From an uncultured Candidatus Binatia bacterium (GTDB lineage Bacteria > Desulfobacterota > Binatia > UBA9968 > JAJDTQ01): a DNA stretch of 64,000 nucleotides. Positions 9,793-18,820 of this stretch are shown here, in pieces; position 1 is the first letter of the stretch, and each line of letters opens with the position of its first letter. The stretch lies in NCBI GenBank assembly GCA_965242525.1, contig OZ251459.1:384001-448000 (forward strand). Reading direction: 5' to 3'. A program made the translations under genes and the position numbers. The notes under the pieces are model-generated. The model was not told where the DNA came from, searched no databases, and was given only the letters and a program-made list of their open reading frames with translations.

Positions 9793-10833
9793 GTGGCGCG
9801 ACTCTCGAAACCGGACCTGCTGCGACTCGTCGAACGAGCGATCCGGGACAGCGGCTGGGGCTTTCTGAAACTCGGCGCACAGGACGAACACCCCGGCCGG
9901 TACCATGTCTATGGCGGTCGTGCGTCGCGTCGGATACGGGTTTACATCTGGAACGTGACCCACGGCGGCGGCGCTGCCCGATCCGCCACCGAATACCGCA
10001 TCCAGATCACGGGGATCATCGGCCCGGCGGGAGCCAGCGAGTTCGTTGCCGAACCCGAAGGCAGGACGCTCATCCTTGGCTGGTGGGACGAAATCGGCGT
10101 GTTCGTCGGGTTCGACTACACCCGACACAGCGGACCCTTGGGCGCGTCACCGTCCATACAGGTCAGCGAAGAAACCCTGCGAGCCGCGCACGTAGGCGGC
10201 TTTGCCGCGCACAACAAGGGCAACGGCGAAATCGCCGTTGCCTTCCGGCCCGATTTCATTGGCCATTACATCGAGAACCCGGGAAACCTGCATGACTGCG
10301 GGGTTTCTCCGCAAGTGACCCACCTGCTCAACAGGATTGGGGAGGATCCGGACAACGTCAGCGACGACGAAATTGCTCGCGAAGTTCCTGCGGAACGTCA
10401 GTACGCCGTTGTGTCCACGAGGCGGGCCTTGCGCGACATCGACTTCCGGCAACGGGTTCTGACCGCCTATGGCCATCGTTGCGCCATGTGCGGCATCCAG
10501 TTGAAGCTGCTCGACGCCGCGCACATCCTTCCGGCCGCCCATCCCGACAGCACGGACGAAACCAGCAACGGGGTTTCCCTTTGCACGCTGCATCATCGCG
10601 CCTTCGATCGAGGCCTGGTCACTTTCGATGGGAGATACTCCACTCATCTCAACGACAGGATGATCGCCGAGTTCGGCACCGCGGGTCTCGATGGAGGCCT
10701 CGATCAGTTCCGGTACAACCTGCGGCCTTTCCTTCTGCTGCCGCCCGACCGCCGTGACCTTCCGAACCCGGATTTCATAGAGAAGACGAACCGGATGCGA
10801 GGTTGGACGATGGAGTCCCCGCGTCGCGCATGA
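9793..10833 (+). CDS. HNH endonuclease, putative restriction partner of the methyltransferase
   Basis: C-terminal FRQRVLTAYGHRCAMCG...LDAAHI...NGVSLCTLHHRAFDRG; co-directional with the MTase; GTG start inferred. Confidence 0.85.
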   Translation: MARLSKPDLLRLVERAIRDSGWGFLKLGAQDEHPGRYHVYGGRASRRIRVYIWNVTHGGGAARSATEYRIQITGIIGPAGASEFVAEPEGRTLILGWWDEIGVFVGFDYTRHSGPLGASPSIQVSEETLRAAHVGGFAAHNKGNGEIAVAFRPDFIGHYIENPGNLHDCGVSPQVTHLLNRIGEDPDNVSDDEIAREVPAERQYAVVSTRRALRDIDFRQRVLTAYGHRCAMCGIQLKLLDAAHILPAAHPDSTDETSNGVSLCTLHHRAFDRGLVTFDGRYSTHLNDRMIAEFGTAGLDGGLDQFRYNLRPFLLLPPDRRDLPNPDFIEKTNRMRGWTMESPRRA

Positions 10834-10864
10834 AGTCGGCCGGTTGCACGGATTGCCCACTCAT

Positions 10865-10930
10865 CGGCGGGACGAGTAACCCGCCGCCCTCGCCGGAACG
10901 CTGCTCAGCCGGGTCCCCGGACTTCTGCCG
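10865..10930. repeat. Direct repeat A, second copy
   Basis: CGGCGGGACGAGTAACCCGC...CTGCCG matches 8265-8330. Confidence 0.9.
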
Positions 10931-12155
10931 CATGGAGGGTCAGCAGGAGTTCGGCGTCGTCGATGAGCTGGTAAACGGGCTTCTTTCCCGAGAGGGCTTC
11001 GCTCTCCCCCAGGATGATCGGGACGCCTTCGCCGCGTTTCTCCATGTAGAAGCGGCGTCCCACGTCGCCCACGGTTTGCGCCACGGGTATATCCGCCAGG
11101 AGACTCGTGATCAGTTCGTTGCGCGTCGCTTGGCGCAGGGCGATGTTGTCCGTGGTAACCGTGTTCGGAAGGCTTCCGGGCGAGTAGATTTCCAGCCGAT
11201 CGTCGAACATGAAGAAGCGGACCTTCGAGCCGAAGACGGAGTAGTCGCGGTGCGCCACGGCGTTGACCACCGCCTCGAAGACCGCTCTTTCGCTGAACTG
11301 CGGCCTTTCGACCCGGTGGGGCGTCTTCATGGCCGAGACGGTCTGGTTCTTCAGGAGGAAGGCCATCGCCCCGTCGATCTGTTCGTTCAGCGGGCCGCGG
11401 ATCCTCCGGGCGTCTATCTGGTAATTGGAGTCCCGCCTCGTTCCGCGATAGCGCACCGCTTCGATATAGGCGTTGGGCAGGAACCGCTCGGGAGCCGTGC
11501 AACAGAACAGGACCCCGGCCGCCGAGGCCCGTAAGGCCCCGCCTTCCTCCTGCGACAGAAGGCCGCGTTTCAGAAGCACGACGTCGGCCGGTTCGCTCGA
11601 CCGGCTCGTATGGTTGGCCCACAGCCCTTCCGACAGGTCGTCGATGCTCGATTGCGGCACCGGTTGTTCCTCGAACCGGATCAAGCGGGCCTGGCTTCGC
11701 TGCTGGAACAGCCGCGCCAGGTACTCGGACGGCATCTCACGACGCGAGCTTCCCTGCCGAAAGAAATACCTCCCGGAACTGCTGTGAACGAAGAGACTGC
11801 GCGGGATCTCCACCTTGAGCACCGCCCGGAGGGCGCCGCTCTGATCGGGAAGTTGCAGCCGGAACGCATGGAAGGGAAGGGGAGGCCGGATGATGTCGTT
11901 GCAGATCTCATGGACGCAGCGCTCGACGGCTTCGAGTCGGTCCACCGGAATGCCGAGAACGTCCCGCGTCTTGTCGTCCACGCCCAGGACGAGCACGCCA
12001 TCGCGGGTGTTGGCAATGGCCGCCATCTCGTCGGCCAAGTCGTTTCGCTTCGGTTCCTCCACCCGGCCGCCCCTGAAACGCACTCTCTTGCATTCGAGCG
12101 ACGTGTCCTCTCCGAGGCGTATCCGTTGCAGCAGTTCTTCAGGGCTGTCGAACAT
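10905..12155 (-). CDS. Schlafen/AlbA_2 domain plus HATPase (RecG C-terminal-like) protein
   Basis: GEDTSLECK, AIANTRDGVLVLGVDD, EAVVNAVAHRDY, RLEIYSPG, MEKRGEGV. Confidence 0.88.
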   Translation of the reverse strand: MFDSPEELLQRIRLGEDTSLECKRVRFRGGRVEEPKRNDLADEMAAIANTRDGVLVLGVDDKTRDVLGIPVDRLEAVERCVHEICNDIIRPPLPFHAFRLQLPDQSGALRAVLKVEIPRSLFVHSSSGRYFFRQGSSRREMPSEYLARLFQQRSQARLIRFEEQPVPQSSIDDLSEGLWANHTSRSSEPADVVLLKRGLLSQEEGGALRASAAGVLFCCTAPERFLPNAYIEAVRYRGTRRDSNYQIDARRIRGPLNEQIDGAMAFLLKNQTVSAMKTPHRVERPQFSERAVFEAVVNAVAHRDYSVFGSKVRFFMFDDRLEIYSPGSLPNTVTTDNIALRQATRNELITSLLADIPVAQTVGDVGRRFYMEKRGEGVPIILGESEALSGKKPVYQLIDDAELLLTLHAAEVRGPG

Positions 12156-12163
12156 CCACGTTC

Positions 12164-14926
12164 CTAAAGCGCAATGCGGCGGTAACGGTCGTCCAATGCC
12201 TTGCGGCCGCCCTCCATGACGGCGCAAATGGTTTCTCGAACCTGTCGTTCCTGCAGGCTGCCTTCGCACTCCTTTCGTGTTTCCCCGAGCGACTCGAGGG
12301 CCGTCACCAATTCGGCGTCGCCGTTGACGACGATGTTCGCGTTGTGCGTGACCACGATGACCTGTCGATGGCGTTTGACCTCCCGCAATTGGTTGACGAT
12401 GAGGCCATAGATCAGGTGGTTGTCCAAGTCGTCCTCCGGCTGGTCCAGGATCAACGGCTCCTTGCCGTAGGAAAGCAGGAAGGCCAGGAGCGCTGCGGTC
12501 TTCTGGCCGGGAGAACCTTCCTGTATGGACCGGAAACTTCGTCCGTCGCCCGTCGCGCTGTACCGGACCTCCAGGGAATCCTCCGGAAACCACAGGTCGA
12601 GACGGTCCAGGGCTTCTGGTGGAAGTTTGCCGACGTGGGTCGTGAAGCGTTTGTCCGCTATGCCTGCTGCAAGGGCCGCATGGTCCGGCGTCGAGGCGAT
12701 CCGCCGGATCTTCTCCTTGACCTCCGCAAGATTCCGTTCCATGTCCTCAGCGCCGTCACCGTCGACATAGAGTCTGCCGAGCAACCCCTCGCCATCCGGT
12801 GTCCCGATGTCCTTGTCGAAACCTCCGTCCTCTCTCCTGAGCAACCCGCGGATCTCGCCTTCGACGGTCTCACGCGCGCCGTAGGGGAGAACCCGTATCC
12901 GGACATACGGGTTCTCCCACAGCACTTCGTCGAGAAATCCGCTTCGACTCCGGGTCAGTTCCTGTCGGATTTCGAGGAGTCGCTGCAACTGGGTTTTTGC
13001 CTGATCTTCAAGCGTAACGATCTGTTTCCTCCGCTCGTCCAATTCCATCAGCCGTTGCTCGATGGTCTGTCGGCGCTGTACGAGCTCGCCATAGGCCGCA
13101 GGGTCGCCGGCTCCTTCCCGGGACAGCTTTTCCTGGAGGGCGTGATAGTTTTGCGCTGCGGCATCGACGCTCCGTTTCCAGGAAGATCCATCCTTGCCTT
13201 TCCGCCATTCGGTGACGATTTCGTCCGCTTGCGAGGCAAGCGCCTCGACTTTCTTGCGAATTTCATCCAGGCGGCCACGCGTCTTGGCGGCATGGTCCAT
13301 CAATTCATTGTCCGCTACGGAATCCGCATCGAAGGAGGTTCCGTCCGGAAGATCCGGGACGATTTCAGCTACGGCGCGACGCAGCTTTTCGCCCGCGTCG
13401 ATCCAGCCTTCTTCCCATGACTCGACATCCCGTTGCTGACGACGCCCTTTCTGGAAGGATTTGAGGGTTTCGGCATGTCCTGCCTGCTCGAAGATGGCCA
13501 GTTTCCGTTTCACGTCGTCGAGCTCGCCGCGAAGACGCGGCTCCTCGGCAAGACCGACCTTTATCTCCCGGGTCTTGGCGCGCAGGGATAGAAATCGGTT
13601 TTCCTCCGTCTGCCATTTCTCGGACCAGGAATGCCGATCGACAGCCGGGGTTTCATCGACGACCTTCAACAACGCAAGCGGTGTCCTTGCGAGTTGGAAT
13701 ATCTGCTTCTGGCTGTAGATTCGCACGGGGAACCGTTGCCGCACGTCGCCTTCCGTCCGTTGCCATCTTCCGTCGCCGTCCTCGTGTTCGATGGGAACAA
13801 GGTCGCCTCGGCCGTTCCACTGGATGCGGAACCGGGAGCCGTCCTTCCGATAGACCACCCTGATGGCAGCATCCTTTGTAAGCAGTCCCTCGTCTTCCCT
13901 GTTCGCATAAATCCCATGGTATTTTTCAAGCTCGGGTCGCAGGTCTTCCGGCCATTCATCGTCTCGTCGCAGGGCAAGGCGGAGGAACTCGACAAGGGTC
14001 GATTTGCCCGTGCCCCTGCCGCCGATGACGGCGTTGAGCCAAGGGTTGAACGTTTGCTCGAAGGGATGCTCCCGTCCGAAATAGCGCGCATCCGTAACCT
14101 CGATGCCTTCGATGACGGAATCCGCATGTTCGTTGGGATCGGCGCCCCCCTGGTCGGATCGTTGAACGGAAAGCCGGCCGTCGAGCAGGGCGAGGCGCAG
14201 TCCCTCGATGTTGGGTGATCCCATCTTGACCCAGGTGAAATGGCTGCCGGGATGTCGTTGTCCGGCTTCCCCGCGAGGATGGTGGCTGTCCGAGCCGAGG
14301 ACCTCTGTCCAGTTTACTTTCCCGTCGGTGTATGACGCTGGTTTTGGGGAGTCCAGGTCCACCAGTTCCATGGCGAAGATGTCCTTGCACTTCAACACTT
14401 GCGTTAACGTCGTCCCCAATGAAACCTTAAAAAGCCCTTTATAGTCGTCCACGTGGGCGGGAATCGGGATGCCCCCGGCGGAAGCGACTTCGCTGGCCAC
14501 CTCGATGAACGACTTGCTCGTGACGTCGTCGCTCCGCCCCCTCGTTCCCGAATAGCCTACCGCGCCGCGAAGGGCTTCGAGGTCTGCGGTCGTCTTCGAG
14601 GGATCGAAGATCGCAAGCAAGTGGATTCCGTTGTTGACGGAAATCTCCATGCCCGGGAAGACGTGAAGCGGCCTGAACCCCTCCGGTTTCTCCGATTGAA
14701 GTTGGCCGAGGGCCTCCTTGACGAGATCGACCCACTCCCCGGTGTTGTGGTCCGTGACGGCGACGCAGTCGATGCCCGCGCGCATGAAGTCGAGCAGCCA
14801 TTCCCCGGGCGACCGTCTCCGAAGGGCTGCGTGCTTTGACCCTTTGCCGTAATCGTCGGACGCCGGCGTATGCGTGTGGAAATCGAATTTCCACCAGCGC
14901 GCGCCGTTCCATTTTCGTTCGGTCAT
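12164..14926 (-). CDS. PHP-domain plus ABC/SMC-type ATPase (TrlF family, Ppl-like anti-phage protein)
   Basis: DFHTHTPAS, VTDHN, AHVD and SDSHH PHP motifs; GGRGTGKST Walker A; long coiled coil; SPGQK, ILDQPEDDLDN, VVTHNAN. Confidence 0.88.
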   Translation of the reverse strand: MTERKWNGARWWKFDFHTHTPASDDYGKGSKHAALRRRSPGEWLLDFMRAGIDCVAVTDHNTGEWVDLVKEALGQLQSEKPEGFRPLHVFPGMEISVNNGIHLLAIFDPSKTTADLEALRGAVGYSGTRGRSDDVTSKSFIEVASEVASAGGIPIPAHVDDYKGLFKVSLGTTLTQVLKCKDIFAMELVDLDSPKPASYTDGKVNWTEVLGSDSHHPRGEAGQRHPGSHFTWVKMGSPNIEGLRLALLDGRLSVQRSDQGGADPNEHADSVIEGIEVTDARYFGREHPFEQTFNPWLNAVIGGRGTGKSTLVEFLRLALRRDDEWPEDLRPELEKYHGIYANREDEGLLTKDAAIRVVYRKDGSRFRIQWNGRGDLVPIEHEDGDGRWQRTEGDVRQRFPVRIYSQKQIFQLARTPLALLKVVDETPAVDRHSWSEKWQTEENRFLSLRAKTREIKVGLAEEPRLRGELDDVKRKLAIFEQAGHAETLKSFQKGRRQQRDVESWEEGWIDAGEKLRRAVAEIVPDLPDGTSFDADSVADNELMDHAAKTRGRLDEIRKKVEALASQADEIVTEWRKGKDGSSWKRSVDAAAQNYHALQEKLSREGAGDPAAYGELVQRRQTIEQRLMELDERRKQIVTLEDQAKTQLQRLLEIRQELTRSRSGFLDEVLWENPYVRIRVLPYGARETVEGEIRGLLRREDGGFDKDIGTPDGEGLLGRLYVDGDGAEDMERNLAEVKEKIRRIASTPDHAALAAGIADKRFTTHVGKLPPEALDRLDLWFPEDSLEVRYSATGDGRSFRSIQEGSPGQKTAALLAFLLSYGKEPLILDQPEDDLDNHLIYGLIVNQLREVKRHRQVIVVTHNANIVVNGDAELVTALESLGETRKECEGSLQERQVRETICAVMEGGRKALDDRYRRIAL

Positions 14927-15012
14927 GGTTCCGTCAGTCCAGTGTCGTTTCCCATTGGAATCACGCTCCCCTTCCGCGGCATCCTGCATCGGACCACTCT
15001 ACCCCCGGTCCG

Positions 15013-16110
15013 TCAGGAGGCGTCGAGCCTTCGGTGGAGCCACCGGAGGATGGTGGGGAATACGTCCGGGGATTCGCCCATGTGGCCGCCGGGGAAGAGG
15101 CGCATGGCCTTGGGGTCGCCGTGCTCCAGCAGCAGGAAGAAGTCCTCGATGGGGACCTGGAGGTCGTCCTTGCCGTTGACCAGCAGCATGGGGGCGCAGG
15201 GCTTGTCCAGCCAGCCCTGGTCCTTGAGGGAAAGCACGGGCATGACCTCGACGAGTTCCTCGAAGGTCTTTCTGCCGAACAGCCGGGCCCGGGCTTCGAT
15301 GAGGTCGAAGAGGTAGGACGAGGCGTTGCGGGACCGCTGCTGCCACTCCGGCTGGAAGAACCCGTGTATGCCGCCGCCCCAGTTGACCGCGGCGCAGAGA
15401 CGTTCCGGCTCCACGTGGGCCATCTTGGTGGACCAGTAGCCGCCGAAGCTGGCCCCCAGCACGGCGATGCGGGCTGCGTCCACTTCCGGTCGGGCCGCCA
15501 GGTAGTCCAGGGCCGCGCAATAGACCTCGTGGGCGGTCTCGGAGGCGGGCACAGGGGACTCGCCGGTGCCGGGGCCGTCCATGATGAAGCAGCCCCAGCC
15601 CTCGGCCAGCAGCGACTCCACGAAGCCGTGGCGTTCTTCCTTCCAGTTGTCGATGCCGCCCCAGTGGAGGACGAGCGGCGCGGGCCGCCCCGCGGGAAGG
15701 CGCAGGTAGCCGACTACCTCCCGGTCGCGCAGGGGGACGGCGACGCGCTCCAGCGGGGGGTCGAAGTAGCGCGAGGCGGCGAGGTAGCTCTCGATGGTCT
15801 TGCGATAGGCCTCCTGCTTGCCGGGAGAGCCGGGGAACGGGTGGCGTCCGGCGCCGTAATACGCCGCGGCCCGGAGGTACGCCCGTTTCGCCTCCTCGTC
15901 CAACCCCCGGGACTCGGCCTCCCGGGCGGCCTCCTCCCAGCGGGCGCCGGGCCGGCTCCACGCCTCGGCCCAGTGGTCCGGGTCCAGGCTCTCCAGCGCG
16001 GACAGCGCCTCCTCGGCTTCGCCCGGGTCCATCAGGTGGAACGGGCTGCGTTTGCCCACGCGCTTGCGAATGCGGTCCTTGACCTCGTCGAGGGTTGCGG
16101 CCTCGGCCAT
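15013..16110 (-). CDS. Alpha/beta hydrolase (FrsA / 2,6-dihydroxypseudooxynicotine hydrolase-like)
   Basis: GGIDNWKEE, MDGPGTGE, GASFGG nucleophile elbow, NGKDD, GH. Confidence 0.88.
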   Translation of the reverse strand: MAEAATLDEVKDRIRKRVGKRSPFHLMDPGEAEEALSALESLDPDHWAEAWSRPGARWEEAAREAESRGLDEEAKRAYLRAAAYYGAGRHPFPGSPGKQEAYRKTIESYLAASRYFDPPLERVAVPLRDREVVGYLRLPAGRPAPLVLHWGGIDNWKEERHGFVESLLAEGWGCFIMDGPGTGESPVPASETAHEVYCAALDYLAARPEVDAARIAVLGASFGGYWSTKMAHVEPERLCAAVNWGGGIHGFFQPEWQQRSRNASSYLFDLIEARARLFGRKTFEELVEVMPVLSLKDQGWLDKPCAPMLLVNGKDDLQVPIEDFFLLLEHGDPKAMRLFPGGHMGESPDVFPTILRWLHRRLDAS

Positions 16111-16400
16111 GGGATCGTCCTCCGATCGTTCCGGGCGGAGTTGCCGGTTCGGGCTCCCCGCCGGCGTCCGGTCGAGAATATCACGGGGTTTTCCAAGATA
16201 ACTCCAACCCCTTGAAATCCTTGAGGTTTCTCTTACATCGGACCGCCCGCCCCTGTCAAGCGGAAAGTGTGGGAAAATCCGTCCACGGGGAAGGTTCCGG
16301 GGACCTCGCGGGCGCCGTCTCCGCGGTCCGTCCAGGGTCCGCGGTCCGTCTTCGATGGCAAGGTCCGGGGCGCGGTGGGGTCATGCCGGACCAGGGTTCG

Positions 16401-17990
16401 TCACTCTTCCCTGGAGCCTCCGAAAGCACCTGCGAGGTTGTAGCGGTCCACTGTCCCGCCCATGGCCTGATACTCGCTTCCGAGAAAGCGTCCGCTAACC
16501 TCACTGTTGGCGTCCGCAAACGCCCCTCCGTCGTCAATCGAAACCCTGTAGTCCAGTTCCCCGTCGCCCTCCCACAAGGCCATGTCATCCTGGTAACGAA
16601 CGTCATCGAACGACAGGTTGTGGGAACCCCGGTAAACACGCGACAGATCAACGGTCAACCTTGCGTTGCCGTTCACCCCCCTTGCGGCGTGGAACCCCAC
16701 CATTTCACCCGTCCATGCGGCAGTCCCCGAAGCGCCATGATAATCGGCCAACCGCCCAAGACTTCCGACACCTTCCCATCCCGCGGTGATTACTCCATCG
16801 TCATAAGTCGCCCGGAAGTCCACAACCCCATCCCTTGAGCTCCCCGTCAAGGAATACCGGCCCGTATCTCTCCACGGCCTCAAGCCGTCTTGGCCGTCCA
16901 GGTACAGGAAATGAACCGCGGCAGCGTCAACCTGGGGCAGCTTTCCGCCGAAAGCGGCATACTCATAATTCATGAGAGAGAGGGTTTCCCAGGGCTCGGT
17001 GTTCAGGTGGCCGTGGAACCCGAGCGCGTGCACCAGTTCATGCAATACGACTCGTGCATGAAGGCCCCTCGAGCCCCTGTATTCCGGGTCTATCGTGTCT
17101 GGAAGGACAATGATGCCTCTTTCGTTCCCTCGATAGCCATGATGAAAGAAAGAGTAACTTCGGTCGGAAACGGGAGCCAGAAATTCCCGAATCCTCCCCG
17201 GCGATGCGAAGTAAACCAGTATGCTTCCCCTTCTCAGCACGAGCCCGTCGTAAAAGATGTTGTTTTGCAATTCGTACGGTTCGTAGTAAAGGAAAACGTT
17301 GGCCTTGCGAATCCAATCGTCGTCGATCGAAGGCGTCCCCGACAGATCCCCGGCCACCCGGACGGACCTGCCGGACGGAAGCACCCGGTTCAATTCCCTT
17401 ACGCCCTGCCTGAGCGCATTCCTTCCCGCAGTATTGCCCCTGTCACTTGCGGCAAAGAAAACATTGACGGTCGATTGTGACATGGCCTCCACTGAACCAT
17501 CATCTTCGTCATCTCGCGTCCTGATACCGTCATAATACCGTTTCAACAGTCCCCTCGACACTTGCGAACGAATGCTGCCTTCCCATTCGATCGCGAGCGC
17601 GCCGCCCGTAGTTTCAGCAACATCCCCCATGACGGCAACGACGTTACAGTCCGCGCCGCCGGCTGGACAGGCAAGCGTGGAACTCATGGTGTCGGTGTCG
17701 AGAACCATCCGGCTCCCGCCCGCGGGGACAACGCCTTCCGTCAGGCTGTGACCCGTGGGCAGGTTGATGCATGACGGGGGGAAGCAGACATGACCCGAAG
17801 GCAAGATGACTACAGGCGCCGGCGGAGTTGGCGCAGGTTCAGGTTCAGGCTCCGGTCCAGGCGCCGGCGGCGGTGTCGGCGCCGGCGTTGGCGTCATGGA
17901 GACGCCCTTGCCGCCGCCGCACCCTGCCAGCATCAACGCGCCTGCTACCGCCAACGCCAGGATATTTCTCCGCCCCCTGCGGCGCGTCAC
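16401..17990 (-). CDS. Surface lipoprotein with a Pro-rich linker, metzincin-like zinc-protease motif and C-terminal TbpB-like beta-barrel
   Basis: Lipobox LAGC then GGG; PTPAP/PEPEP linker; HELVHALGFHGH plus SLMNY Met-turn; C-terminal WTGEMVG...SGRFLG...GAFGG; lower GC; GTG start at 17990 inferred. Confidence 0.7.
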   Translation of the reverse strand: MTRRRGRRNILALAVAGALMLAGCGGGKGVSMTPTPAPTPPPAPGPEPEPEPAPTPPAPVVILPSGHVCFPPSCINLPTGHSLTEGVVPAGGSRMVLDTDTMSSTLACPAGGADCNVVAVMGDVAETTGGALAIEWEGSIRSQVSRGLLKRYYDGIRTRDDEDDGSVEAMSQSTVNVFFAASDRGNTAGRNALRQGVRELNRVLPSGRSVRVAGDLSGTPSIDDDWIRKANVFLYYEPYELQNNIFYDGLVLRRGSILVYFASPGRIREFLAPVSDRSYSFFHHGYRGNERGIIVLPDTIDPEYRGSRGLHARVVLHELVHALGFHGHLNTEPWETLSLMNYEYAAFGGKLPQVDAAAVHFLYLDGQDGLRPWRDTGRYSLTGSSRDGVVDFRATYDDGVITAGWEGVGSLGRLADYHGASGTAAWTGEMVGFHAARGVNGNARLTVDLSRVYRGSHNLSFDDVRYQDDMALWEGDGELDYRVSIDDGGAFADANSEVSGRFLGSEYQAMGGTVDRYNLAGAFGGSREE

Positions 17991-18077
17991 CCGGATGTAC
18001 GGCTCCCACATGTCCGTGGCCACCGTCTTCACCCCCTCCCGCTCTTCCCGCTCGAACTGCTCGTGGAACTCCCGCAG
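17991..18077 (-). mobile_element. Short remnant of an ISL3-family transposase
   Basis: LREFHEQFEREEREGVKTVATDMWEPYIR resembles the ISL3 catalytic-region motif VAMDMWxPY. Confidence 0.6.
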
Positions 18078-18372
18078 CGCCTCCTCGTCCAACCCCCGGA
18101 CTCGGCCTCCCGGGCGGCCTCCTCCCGGCGGGCGCCGGGCCGGCTCCACGCCTCGGCCCAGTGGTCCGGGTCCGGGCGCTCCAGCGCGGACAGCGCCTCT
18201 TCGGCTTCGCCCGGGTCCATCAGGTGGAACGGGCTGCGTTTGCCCACGCGCTTGCGAATGCGGTCCTCGACCTCTTCGAGGGTTGCGGCCTCGGCCATGG
18301 GATCGTCCTCCGATCGTTCCGGGCGAAGTTGCCGGTCCGGGCTCCCCGCCGGCGTCCGGTTGAGAATATCAC
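18078..18372 (-). pseudogene. Direct repeat C: duplicated 5' end and upstream region of the alpha/beta hydrolase; other copy at 15889-16184
   Basis: 295 vs 296 bp near-identical copies; encodes MAEAATLEEVEDRIRKRVGKRSPFHLMDPGEAEEALSALE...; 1-bp deletion near 18099. Confidence 0.92.
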
Positions 18373-18414
18373 CGTTTCGTAATACAGAGTATCGGGCGAG
18401 GGGAGGCGGAACCC

Positions 18415-18747
18415 ATGACGAAAGAGGAGCATTACCATCGAGGCATGGAGTCCTACGCCGACGACCGGGTGGAGGAGGCCATCGACGCCTACCGGAAGGC
18501 CCTCGCCGAAGACCCGGACTATGCCGACGCCCTGCACGCCCTGGGGATGGCCTGCGCGAACCTGGGCCGCCTGGACGAGGCCATCGACGCGGGCAAGCGT
18601 CTGGTGGAGGTCAGCCCCGACGACGAGCTGGCTTACACGAGCCTTTCCATCTTCTACCAGCGCAAGGGGATGATCGAGGAGGCCGAAGCGGTGGGCGCCC
18701 GGGCCAGGACCCTGGGGTGGAAACGGCAGCTCGCCGAGAAGGAGTAG
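18415..18747 (+). CDS. Tetratricopeptide repeat protein
   Basis: AIDAYRKALAEDPDYADALHALGMA TPR pattern; GGAGG RBS. Confidence 0.88.
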   Translation: MTKEEHYHRGMESYADDRVEEAIDAYRKALAEDPDYADALHALGMACANLGRLDEAIDAGKRLVEVSPDDELAYTSLSIFYQRKGMIEEAEAVGARARTLGWKRQLAEKE

Positions 18748-18820
18748 CCGCGGCGGACGCTCCATGGCCGGGCCGGGGACCGGCGCCCCGGGACGGGCGG
18801 TCCGCGAAGAAGGGACACGC

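Noticed and set aside
18029-18298. Independent 89-aa gene, and the 582-aa extended lipoprotein ORF starting at 18149
   Set aside because: Both derive from the duplicated, frameshifted hydrolase 5' fragment joined to the ISL3 remnant
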